A DNA stretch of 64,000 nt from Marsupella aquatica (Eukaryota; Plantae; Marchantiophyta). Position 1 is the first letter of the stretch. Each line of letters opens with the position of its first letter. Positions 50,560-62,508 of this stretch are shown in pieces. The stretch covers positions 17,514,563-17,578,562 of the forward strand of contig OZ316894.1 in assembly GCA_973895155.1 (NCBI GenBank), in the 5' to 3' direction. The position numbers were made by a program, and so were the translations under genes. The notes beneath the pieces are model-generated. The model saw only the letters and a list, made by a program, of their open reading frames with translations, was not told the origin of the DNA and ran no database searches.

Positions 50560-52869
50560 ATGATGAGGTTGCTCCAGAGCTTTCAGAACTGCACTATGTC
50601 GATTTCTTCACCTCAGATGTCTTATTTGTGGAAGTCCATCCTGAAAGATAAATCCCACGTTCGCAGAGCGGCCTTGCTTGATGCAAGTGAATCAAGTACG
50701 ACAGAGTTCAGTGCTCAGGAAGCAGCTGTGAAGGTGAGTAACGCAAGATCAGCCGTTATTCGAGCAGCGACTTTCGAGAACCGAAGTCAGTTTAAAATGG
50801 AGAGAACACAGGAAGAAGTCATCACAGAAATCCAGTCCATGAAGGCACCGGAGTTCGTCCCTCCCTACCCATCAAGACAGAACCGTCATGCAGCAAAGGC
50901 CATCGGCAACAGTCTCACCTGGTTCGATCAGCAATCCTTGGCAACAGTCTTATCGGATCCTACAAAAATGCAGAAATTCATGCGGGGCAAGGTGAATGAT
51001 TTTTTCACAGGGATTTACGTGGATGCGGAGGAGCAAGAGATGTCATGGCTCTGCTGCTATGCCTTATGGGCGTTCTTGCTGGACGATTTGTTTGATGAAA
51101 ATATGTACGCTCGCTCACCAGACAAGGTGGCTCCCCTCTTATTGGAGCTGAACACGTTAATGATGTGGTCTTTCCCCGACGATCCTAGTCTTTACAGCAT
51201 CTTGTTGGAATTAGTAGACCTGTTTCCCGAGGAGCAACGAGAGACCATGCTTGACAACGTCGACACCAAGCTAGCCAACGCTAGACTACATCCTGGCTCA
51301 GGTGAAAAAATTAATGCTGCAACCAGCACCCCGCAAAATTCCATTTTCACGATTTCAAAACATCGATTTAGCCCTATGTACATGGTTGCCGAGATTCTGA
51401 ACGTCAGCTTGTCATTATTGTGGTTGCGGTATTTGTTTCAGTGAAGATAGAATATATGGAAGACATGCCCGCCTTCTGTTTTATACCCTGGTGCTGCATC
51501 TACAGTAACAGAATTTATCTCCTTTTCCGTCAATTTTTCTGTAGTAAATTTATTTGAATGCTGAAATTTGAAGACGTCGAGCCATGATATCAGTTTGGAT
51601 CATACTATGTACTTCAGATTTGACTTTACAAACTTATACCGTTCGAATACAGCTTATGATACTGCCCATCTCGGGCCGATGATAGTATCTTTCAAAGACC
51701 TGTGGGACAAGCTTTTGACAGCAACTCCTTCCGACTCTGTGATCCGATGGGGCAACTCAGTGCAGCGGTTTTTCTTGGGTAGCCTTCGCGAGACAATGAA
51801 CCGGAATCACAAGAACATTCCGTCTCTCGACGAGTACATTGTTATTCGTAGAGACACCTCGGCAGCGGAGTCGTGCATGGTAATTCACAGATATATCACT
51901 ACCGATATTAACGACACTGAATTTAACTCAAGAGCTTAAGTGCTTTGAATGATTTCAAAACTGAGAAGCCAACTGATGGTTACATAATTATACGTTCTCC
52001 GGGCCAGAGTCTGGCAATTATATATCCATCAGAAAACCATATTCAACCCTCTTCGTGGTTATCATTTACAGCTCTTGTTGAGGCTAGGAACGATTACTAC
52101 AGGCTGTATATATTAGGCAAGACTGAGTGAGGCAAATGTTATTTTTGTCATAAACGCAGTTGATAGTCGACTATGCGGCAAAATTCATTACCAGTTTGCC
52201 TAGGGAGATATTTGAAAGTCCTGAGATGAAATCGTTTCTGGCTGCTCTCAACGATATTCTTTCATGGCACAACGACATGTTTTCATTCAAGAAGGTAACT
52301 ATATTGCGCTGTATTCCACAAATTTTACTATTATATTTTGGTGGAAAACTCTGGAAAGCTAACATGCGTAGCCCCATAATACCATCCTCAATTATACTAT
52401 TTATTCTACAATATGAATAATGCCTCTCAACGGATAGATATATCATCAGTTTATGTTCTTGTCCGACGGATTCGCAACACTTTCTTAAGATGACACGGTG
52501 AGTCCTGAGCTGCAGTAAGTGGACACCGACGACTACGTAGGATAAACTCATATTTTAACTGTTACTTACAAACCCTGGGGGAACTAATTGTGGGCTGCAT
52601 GACTGTTGTGGCAGGAATTGGTAAATGGCGAAGTGCACAACTTGGTGTTTTTGGTCAGCCACGAGTCTAAGTGCTCGTTCTCAGAAGCTTTGGTGATTGT
52701 CCAGGGAATGCTTCAAGAACGAGTACAGGACTTGGACCGAGCCTTTCGTGATTTGGAGGCAATCTCAACGCAAGAAAATCAATGGGCTGCTGCCGCATAC
52801 ATTAAAACCGCACAATATTGCATTTCTGGGATACACGATTTCGAGCTGAGGAGTCAACGGTACCACTAG
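50560..52869 (+). CDS. Microbial terpene synthase-like protein (MTPSL), copy B, 452 aa; exons 50560-51301, 51653-51879, 52160-52294, 52615-52869
   Basis: Same exon lengths as copy A (742, 227, 135, 255 nt). DDLFDE, RRDTSAA, NDMFSFKKE and RY are intact. About 17 amino-acid differences from copy A by manual count. Confidence 0.92.
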
Positions 52870-53334
52870 ATGATTCATGTACAGTGTAGTCAGCTACAGT
52901 AGTTATTATATAAGTAAAACCTGGCAGTATTTCGTCAGTGCATTCTAGATCTTTTGCTTCTAGAGCTCGCCAAGGCCAAAATGTTTTATATATTGTACAT
53001 AGAAAACACTAGCGAGTGGTGAATCCATATAAGGGCCCTGCATGTGTGGTGCGGCTGCTCGAATCATTGAATCAAATCTATCTACTGTAGTTCCATAATA
53101 TTTAATGCTGCCAAAGAGTTCTTTTAGTCAAAAAGTTCGTTTCGTCTGCTTATAAAATTGAAAATGGAGGGAATCAACTCAAGCCTTCAGATTTCTTTAA
53201 AAAATTTGTGTACTCTTGGAGTGATTGACCAGGACTGTCAAGTGATATTCTCATTATAGTAGAATAGAGACTACATGACAATAGTCTTATATGACATCAT
53301 CCAAAATGTGATGACTTGACTTTATGTGACATCA

Positions 53335-54500
53335 CGTTGGTACATATTTCGGGTTTTTCCGATGCTCTGTTTTCGGTCGGCAACACTTTCCGATACAGAT
53401 CCGATCGGTATCCTCCGATTGTTTCTAAATCAGACATTTACCATACTTTTCACATCGGACAACTACTGTCCTGTTCTCTTACAATCGGACATACTATCCC
53501 ATTTAGAAACTATCAGAAAAGTTCCCATTCAACCTGCATCGGACAGTGAGACTGCCGCGAGGCAGGAGGCGTCCGATAATTATAAAAACGATATTGCATG
53601 GTGTTTCCAATGGAGTGAGGGCCTCATTCACAATTGGAGGACCCAAAAGGAACGTCACACTCAAAAGTGACCATAGTTTATTATGCTTTAGGATATCATT
53701 TTTAGGGTGTAATGAGATGATATAGAAAATTTGATGTACTATACTTAATAAACATCCTATAGGTTGGTAGTATTCATTAAACTATCTAGCATTTGAGACT
53801 TTGAAGCTTTCCTTATATGTCCTTCAAAGATTGATAAAAGGACTTGTCACGCAACGGGTCACATCATTTCAGGACTCAAAAGGACTCTAAAAAATGCATT
53901 TTAGACAATAAAATTTTACCAAAGCATGCATACTAATAGCATAATCTCATATTTCAAAACTTAAATAGTGACACACACTAAATCTTTATGTACAGGACAA
54001 AAATAATCAATAATTTTGGCTTATTTAGGGCCATCAATAACAGGATCCCTTAAAACAATTGAAAACTTGATGTATCTACATGGTGAGGTAGGTTACACCA
54101 TGTAAAATAGTCTTGTGAAAAAAAATAGACTTAAATGTCTTGAGATAAAATCAAGATGAACGTTTTTCCATGTTACAAAAGTCATTTTTCACTAAAAAAG
54201 CATATTTTTGAGTCCTGAAAGTGGTTCCTGCGAGGTACACCCAATTGTGAATGAGGCCTGAGGGACGAATGTTATCCGATATTGTTTATATTGGAAATGG
54301 GTTCCGACTTTCTTCTGAAAAAATTACACGTACAGACTTTGTGTCCGATGTGAGAAAAATGGCAAGAGTTCCCGATACGTGGAGTATGGCATATGAGTTC
54401 CATTTCTTATAATATCAAAAATCTGGGTTTTCAGTAGAGTAGGGGTTTTTCTAGAGGTTTATCATTTTTCTTGTAAGGCATGTTGTGTTTCCGATTGGTT
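53335..54500. mobile_element. Transposon terminal-region relic rich in tccgat/atcgga motifs, split by a MITE
   Basis: Dense tccga/tcgga motifs in both orientations at 53345-53580 and 54270-54495; similar motifs at 63700-64000. Confidence 0.45.
53619..54258. mobile_element. Tourist/PIF-like MITE, about 640 bp, TSD TGA
   Basis: TIR ggcctcattcacaattgg at 53620-53637 and its reverse complement at 54241-54258; tga at 53616-18 and 54259-61; AT-rich interior. The left end has one extra G. Confidence 0.82.
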
Positions 54501-55229
54501 TTTGATTCCATTCCATTTGAAGTATGTGGGAACCCCGTTAACACTAGTAGAAAATGGGGCCTTTTATGACTATGACACATATGACTGTTGTGCCCAAATG
54601 ACAATATATTTTAATGACAGGACATGAATGACACATAAATGACTGTCTATAATGACAGCCCGGTGAAAAAAATGACTAATAATTGCAATAGGGTCATTTA
54701 AACCAATGAGCCAAATGACCGTGACTACTATAATGACAACACCAATGAGTTGTAGTCATTTTGGACAATCTTTGTCAATGACAAAAATGACAATAACCTT
54801 GTCATATCAATGTTTGACATTTGGGAAGTCATTTAGGACAACGGTGACTAATGACTACTAAAACAAATATGGAAATATCAATGTTTAAAAATTTTAGTAG
54901 TCATTTAAACCTAAAGTGATAAATGACATGATAAACAATATATGACTATTTTGAGGTCTAGAGTTTTAGTATATGATTTAACTTTGTAGGGTATTATATA
55001 TTAGCTATCCAACACGCATGGTACTATAAAGACTAGGGGCACACACAAATTAGATTTTAAGTATATTTAGAGACTTAACAGATAACATTATCTGGTGTAG
55101 GTTTAGGGTTTAGGTGCTAGATGCCTGTATTTGCTATTGTCATTTTTCCAATTACGCGGACTGTTATTTGCAAAGAATTGTAAGTCATTTATGCTTTCAC
55201 TCAACTTTCTAGTCATTTGACAAGTGCCA

Positions 55230-56800
55230 CTAAATGACATGAAAACAAGTCATTTGGGATGTCAATGTTGTGGTCATGTATGTCATGCACAATATGACTC
55301 CTAAGGGCCTCCGGTGTCTGATTGGCCATAATGATGATAGGGGCCAACCATTAGGGATGCTACCCACTCCACATGGTGCGGGATGTAGAAGGCATAAACT
55401 CTGGGCCACTAGTTATCGGGATTTGGCCTCGCTATAGTTTTTATGACCCAACTTTTGCACCTTGAAAGGGCATCACCCAACTTTTGGCAAAACACTCACA
55501 AGTTGTATGACTTTGGAGTCATTTGCCCAAACAGTTGCAAACCACACTCATTTTGTCATTTGTAAAGGATTTTGGGTCATTTGTGCGTGTGAATGAATAT
55601 TTTTGTCATTTATGCAGTCTTTTGCACCTTTAAAACACACATTTTGCACCTTGGAAGAGCATCACCCAACTTTGGGCAAAACACTTCCAAGTTGTATGAC
55701 TTTGGAGTCATTTGCTTGAAGGGGTGCAAACCACTATTGCTTGGTCATTTGGAAAGGAATTAGAGTCATTTGTGCACGTGACTAAGGGTTTTTGTCATTT
55801 TTGCAGTGCCTGGAGACGTCATTTGTGCAAATGACACATAAATCAGTCATTCATGATGTCAATGTTGCAGTCATGCATGCCATGGGTAATATGACTTGTT
55901 TGGGCCTTCGGGGGCTGATTGGCAATATTTGTGATCGTAGCCGGCCATTAGGGATGCTATCCACTCCACATAGTGCGGGATAGGGTACTCTTGAACCTTG
56001 CGCCCGCCACTAGTTATGCCACTTTGCCTCCTAAAGGTTTTTTGTAGCCAACTTTTTGCATCTTGGAAGGGAATCACCCAACTTTGGGCAAAACACTCCC
56101 AAGTTGTATGACTTTGGAGTCATTTGCTTGAAGGGGTGCATACCACTCACATTTGGTCATTTGGAAAGGATTTAGAGTCATTTGTGCGCATGACTAAGGG
56201 TTTTTGTCATTTTGGGAGTACTGAGAGACGTCATTCGTGCAAATGACACAAAACTCAGTCATTCATGATGTCAATGTTGCAGTCATGCATGCCATGGGTA
56301 ATATGACTTGTTTGGGCCTTCCAGGGCTGATTGGCAATATTTGTGATCGTAGCCGGCCATTAGGGATGCTATCCACTCCACATGGTGCGGGATAGGGTAC
56401 TCTTCAACCCTCGACCACTAGTTATGACACTTTGTCTCCTAAAGGTTTTTTGTAGCCAACTTTTTGCACCAAGGAAGGGCACCGCCCAACTTTGGGCAAA
56501 ACACTCCCATGTTGTATGACTTAGGAGTCATTTACCTAAAGTGGTCCATATCACTCCCATTTGGTCATACCCAAGGGATTCCGAGTCATTTTGCAAGTGA
56601 GTGCACTTTTTGGTGAATTGTGGAGTCCTCTAATACGTCATTTATGCATTTGATATGAAAATGAGTCATTGTTGATGTCAATGCGGCAGTCACGCATGCC
56701 ATGGACAATATGACTCTTTGGGGGCTTGGATGTGGGATTGGTCAGATTGGTGATAGGAGCCCACCATTAAGGATACTACCCACAAAGAATGTATTGCATT
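55230..56800. repeat. About four tandem units of about 410 bp inside the CACTA left arm
   Basis: gatgtcaatg..g..gtca.g.atg.catg...aatatgact recurs at about 55258, 55855, 56267 and 56674; ccattagggatgcta.ccactccacat recurs in step. Confidence 0.85.
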
Positions 56801-59800
56801 TGGCTATTATGGAGTGCCGTGAGTTTAGGTTTTGGGCAATGACATCAAAACAAGTCATTTATGTTGTCAACCCTAGGACTGAGGACTATGAGATTAGTGA
56901 TTTAATATGTGAGTGACTAATTTTATGAGAATGTCCACCAAATGACTTCCTCACTTAGGTAATTGTGACCTGTCAATGAGGATGTACATCCTAAACCTAG
57001 ATGCATATGTTTGTAATTTGTTTTGTGTTACATGCATATACTATTTGGGAATTTTGGCACCTAGGTTTCCACATCAATGGGTTTCAAAGGCCACCAGTAC
57101 ATTAAGTTTTTGAGTCACTGGTTATTGTAAATGGTAATACATACTTGTGACAAGTATTTGTGTCATCAAAAAAGCATTTGGCCCCAAACTTCCTCCATCT
57201 CCTAAAATTGATTGGCGAGGGGATAATAATGTTAGAGGGGTATTATGGAACCTGGAGATTGACTCCATTACTACCCTCAACATCCCAGTAAAATTCCCGT
57301 TGGTGTCCCAAAGCCTTATTTGCCAACCATGTGTCATCCTGTCATGCCCTGGCCCTATCTTCCTTGGATCCCACGAAACAATGCCCGGCCACATTGGATC
57401 CCATTTTCCCATAAGAAATTCAGACCTGGGTTTAGGGTCGCCCGTTCAGTCACACCGGTCACACAAGTCACAAGTTCACGTTGGGAGTTAAGGTATTCTT
57501 GTGAAGTTGAGCAGCGACTGGAGGTGCGAGTCAGGTCACTGCTGCGAGTTGAGGTGCAAGGTCGCTGCTGAAGATCGGGGCTGAGTGGTGAGTTGAAGTG
57601 CAAGGTCGCTGCTGCGCGCAAGCTTGGTGCTGAGCAGTGAGTTGAGGTGCAAGGGCACTGCTGTGAGGTCGCTGCTACAAGGTTGTTGTGAGGTCATTGC
57701 TGTGAGGTCGCTGTGAGGTCACTGTTGTGTTTTAGGGCAAAGGAGTTGAGGTCCGCTGCGCCTATGTTTCTTGAAGGTCGTGCGTGCTGCTCCCCATCTT
57801 TTCAGTGTGGATGGAGTGTGGCTCGGTCTCTTGCGCTTAGTCTCTGCATTCCATCCGCAAGCCATTTGCGAGGTGGGACTGATCGGTGAGGACAGTGGGA
57901 TTGATTCGAAGCTGTGCACTGTGAATAGGGAGGCATTTGCGTTTGGGACTAGCTTTGGCCGTGGGTTGTCATTAGGGAAAAACCAGGTGAAAGGGAGCTC
58001 AAGCTGCGCGCACTTGGGCATTAATGCTAATCGTCCTGCATGTTGGAGCTGCAACGTGAACGAGAGTTCTGCTCTACGCCTTTGGCTAGAGCTACGGAGG
58101 GAGTTGTTGCAACACCACTGCCTTTACCTGCTACCATTTCATCCACGTCGAATACAACGCGTCTCTGAGGTATCTTGGATAGTTGTGCATTCTTTGTCCA
58201 CCTGCTGTGCTTCTTTCCCCTGCCGGCCATGCTTTGATTTCATGCTTCCTGTCCCCTTTGCCATGCTGCAAATTTAGCGCTTTTGCTTCCCCTTTGCTGG
58301 ATGCTGCCAGTTACAATCGTAAATTGAAGTTCTCCCTTTCCAATGCGCCTAGTATTAGTCCCAACCTCATTTGCCATTCAGTTATGTACATCAAGCTTGT
58401 GTAAGTGTGTCACTATTTCCGACCCCTGCCTAAATGTTCTACCTTGGGTACCTTGCTATGAGGTACTTTGTTGTCTCTCATTTCCGAGTCCTTGTTTGCT
58501 GGAATTTGCTCTTCAATCATGAAAAACAAAGATACCAGCATTTTGTACCAAACCTGAGCTGCTGGAATGTTATTGATCTCTGTAGGGTTGGGATTGTTGC
58601 TTTGTTGGCTTGGGATTCACAGTCCCTGTATAATGTTCACTGATTTGTTTCTGTCATTGTCTGGCCATGGTCCAAGTTTTGTCTTTTGGTATACTGCGCT
58701 TACTATGCAATGTCGTGCAGTATACTTGTTTCCTGCAAATTGAACATTGAGCCAATTGGAGGTGGACATTGGAGTTGCAACAACCTACAAGGTTAGTTGT
58801 GCTAATCTTGAATCCGTTGTAGTCAGCGCCCCCCTCCCTCACAAAAAGTTGCGGTCCTGTCTATCCCCGGTCTCTTTTGAATTGAAGACCAAGCTCTGTT
58901 TGACAACATCTAATTTCCTATGTAGCGGTAGGTCTCTGTTGCTTTTCCGACGGATTGCTTGCTCAAGCTTAGGGAAAGAATTGATATATTTGCCTTCTAT
59001 CCTACTCCTTCACCTGCAAGCATTGACTTTTTTTAATGTTTTTTCAAAGTAGCCACTAAATACTGTGTGACTACTAAGGTTTGCTCGCTGTGAGGAGATC
59101 CATGATAGTTTTGACTCTTCCCAAATCTTACCTATGTTGGAACCACATTGGACATACATATCTACAGACACTAGTTGTTGCCGAGGTGCGATTGGAGCTG
59201 CATTCCTGCTTGCATTTCCGCTTGCATCAATTTTGAGGATTCTAAGGAAGATTGGACCTCTGTTTGGTAGTGGTGCTACCTAACAAGGGTCCAGTGGAGG
59301 TGGGCTTGCTCCAGTTTTGCTTGCATTATTGTCGTGTGTCTATTGTCATTATTGGTTTGTTGTTGAGATTATCTGAGAAACCCCCATTGTCTTGAGAAGA
59401 GATGCTGGGAGTGATTTGTAGGATGTGTTTGAATTGCAAACTTTTTCGGATTAATTTTTGCTATTCAAAATTACCTTGTCTGTCTGTTGATCCCATCAAA
59501 TATAATATGTCTTTGTTGATCCATCACTGAAAAAAGCCCGACTCTACATGGAGTTAAATGAACCAAAGTAAGAGTTGTTGCTGAGGTTCTACCTGAGCCA
59601 CTGCATTGAGCCATGTTTGCTCTTCTACTCGTATTTTTTTTGTTTCTCAACACCTCTAATAGAAATCGAGTACATAGGAATTTAGAGGCAGCATTGGTAA
59701 TTCCTTGATTGATCACTACACTTACCAAGTATGCTTATATTGTTGCTCTCTGCGCAGAACACATAAACCGGAGCCAAGTTATTTTTTACATTGCTTCTAC

Positions 59801-59962
59801 TCCGTGAGACTGAGTTGGGCAGGACATCTTTTGACGTGTACTTAAACCTCAGATTACGGTAAGTACACTACGCATACCATCTTTGTACTTGTTTGTTGCC
59901 CTTCTCCAAAGACTTCTTGTAATATTTAAGGTAATTAAGCAGATCCACACATCACATCAGGC

Positions 59963-60660
59963 ATGGCACGGGCTGCTGCTGCCTGGCTGGATCCAAAGTT
60001 TGCCCATAAAGAGCACCTTCGCATGGATCCCCTTGTTGTTTTGAATGTGATGAGGGAGGTACTGTTTTGTTCTGCGATGGGCCTTGCAGTTGTCATTTCC
60101 ATTACTTAGTTGCTGGGCAGGATCCCGAGGAGCCTGATGGCCATGGGTCTGAGTGCACACGCATTGCCATTTCTAAAGGGCATGATTGGGCCAAGGAGTG
60201 GCTCTATGAACTCTGCCAACAGAACCGAGGTCGTTGCTTTGCTTGTGGACTACTTGGCCGAACCCTAAAGCTCACTATAGATGAGCCCCTTGTGGTTCAA
60301 TGTGCACAAGATGATTGCTTTTCTTTCTATCACGTGGATTGTCTGCGGACCATACTGAGGGCAAGGGAGTTGCCTCTCTTGGGGTATGCAGAGAACTTAG
60401 ATGCACATCCCGCTGCTCTGATATGCCCAAGGCATTATTGTGATGTTTGCAAGGAGTATCGGGATGGCATCTAGGAATTTATCCAGTGTCGTAGGTGCCC
60501 TCGTGCGTGGTGCAGGGATGAGGGACCAGAGGCAAACAAACACCTCAAGAGAGGGGTGAAGGGTAGAGAAACGTGGGATATTGGACCATGGCGTATGGTG
60601 TACTGCAATCGCCATGTCATTCCAGAGGGTTCTGAGGTGCCACCACATGATTTCAAATAG
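59963..60660 (+). pseudogene. EDM2/NSD-type composite PHD finger protein carried by the CACTA element; one frameshift and one in-frame stop
   Basis: Reconstructed: MARAAAAWLDPKFAHKEHLRMDP/(shift in cccc near 60030)/CCFECDEGGTVLFCDGPCSCHFH...CFACGLLG...CAQDDCFSFYHVDC...CPRHYCDVC...GI*EFIQCRRCPRAW...RETWD...YCNRHVI. The Cys/His spacing follows the EDM2 PHD1-3 region as recalled. Confidence 0.75.
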
Positions 60661-60849
60661 ATCCTAATTAAGCCTTCAGTTGTGTAGAAAACACTGCATA
60701 GTACAAAGTATACTGAACTTAAAATGGGCTAAGGACTTATGGAAGTATACTAGACATAAAAAAATGGACTAACTTAGGGGCACAGTGGAGCACCTGAGTT
60801 TTTGGTTGGATGAAAATGGAGTACTGTGTCAAGTTGGATTCAATGCCAG

Positions 60850-61010
60850 ACTAAGCTGAATTGGACTAAAGTTATAGGATGATTGTATGAAATGGACTAA
60901 ATTGTTTGATTGTATGAAAAGGACTGAATTGTCTGATTGTATGAAGTGGACTACACTGTCTAATGGACTAAACTCAAATGGACTAAACTGTGTGATTGTA
61001 TGAAATAGTT
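60850..61010. repeat. Short tandem repeats (tgattgtatgaaatggactaaa-like) between CACTA ORFs
   Basis: Four copies of gattgtatgaa with interleaved ggactaaa. Confidence 0.7.
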
Positions 61011-61087
61011 GAATGCTAAATTGTTACATGAAATTCATTGAAGCGTTTGGGTTGGATAAGCTATTGCTTCTTGTATTTGTTACAGTG

Positions 61088-61534
61088 ATGCCAAGGACGC
61101 GCAGCAGCTTGGGAGCTGACCTTGAAGGTAGAGCTAAGAGGCTACGCCTGAAGCTGAGTGGAATGAGGTTGGTCCCTGCCAGTTCTGCTGTGCAATGGGA
61201 GTTTTCGCCTGTAAATAGAGACACGTACAGTCGGCCCATTACTCTGCATGCTCCACCCTTGCCCATAGGTTTTTGTATTGTGGCAGTTGATAATGGAGAG
61301 GTACAACCAGAGCAGATATGCTACTCTGCCTGTATCCACAGTTGTGAGGATTTTTGCCCAAAATGTCGAGTGCGTCCAGGGGATATATATAGGCGGGATG
61401 GATACAATAGGCTGCAGAGGAGGTGTGCCTGTATAATGTTCCACCATGATGAGCTAGTCTTGGGACCAGGGGTTGAGACTGTTTGCCCTAGAGTAGAGCA
61501 ACACTTCGTGGAGAAAGACCAGTATCAATTTTGA
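61088..61534 (+). CDS. Unknown Cys/His-rich protein (148 aa) within the CACTA element
   Basis: ATG lies 2 nt after acceptor ttacag. Basic N-terminus (RAKRLRLK); CYSACIHSCEDFCPKC...CACIMFHH...C; open frame. Confidence 0.5.
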   Translation: MPRTRSSLGADLEGRAKRLRLKLSGMRLVPASSAVQWEFSPVNRDTYSRPITLHAPPLPIGFCIVAVDNGEVQPEQICYSACIHSCEDFCPKCRVRPGDIYRRDGYNRLQRRCACIMFHHDELVLGPGVETVCPRVEQHFVEKDQYQF

Positions 61535-62508
61535 TTGTATGATGACTGTTAAAAGTGTCAGTGGCAAACATGTGAAGAGCCTGAATGGAGATACATAACA
61601 AAAAAACTAAAAAACATCACACTGACCTGAGCAAGACCTAAAATCCACCCAAGGTCTTAAAAATTTTGTTGTCCCTTTTCAGGGATCTGGCCATAAGAAG
61701 GCAAACTTCACTTAATGTCTTTCAAGTATTGTAGTATTGCCTTTCTAAACCCACAGCCTTAAGAACGCTCTCAACCCGGGTCTCTGAACTTTCTCAAACT
61801 TTCTCATTTTTGATAATTTTGAAGACTGAGTGTGTATTTCATTCTTACTACTGCACAAAAACACTATATATGCTTAATTAAATATGTACATTACATGAAA
61901 CCCTTCTGGAATCTATTCTAGTACCTGCCCACAACAAACTGCCTTGATGAAGAGGATCATTTCAACAAATGAATTCAAAAGACAAAGAATGAAGGAGGGG
62001 ATTGTTGGACATTATGATTAATGTTTGTTATTGTACTCACTGTTTTGAAGGGTCCGAGATTGCTGACTACTGTGAACACCCTTGCCCTAAATCTGGTTGA
62101 GGTAGGCCTTTATTTGGTTTTGTAAACTTTTGTCATTTTGATTTGTACAATTCAGGTCTCCTTCAAATACCCAATGCCACTTACAATATGAAATGAGATT
62201 AGGTAACGTACCCCAAGTAAATAATTTCTGACCAAGTTGCTAATATGTCATCTGTTTACCTGTTGTTGGCATGCATGAACTATTCTATTGGCAAACGGGG
62301 CTAAAGTGGGAGCTGCCTTTACCTCAGTTGGAGTCCAGTACCTCAAATGTATGTCTAATTCTTCACTTGTGCATACATTTGCTTCACATGACGCTCTAGA
62401 AGATGGTATGGAAGGGTTTTGGAGTTGTCTAGAACAATTCATATGCTCTGCAAGATGTCAAAGAAGAAAGATGTGCAACTGTGTTTTTGATTAGGTAGTG
62501 CTGCAATC

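Larger units (their letters stand above)
44872..53037 (+). repeat. Segmental duplication copy B
   Basis: Colinear with copy A, with extra sequence at about 47113-47316 and about 47812-49484, and lacking the counterpart of about 19796-20370. Confidence 0.95.
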
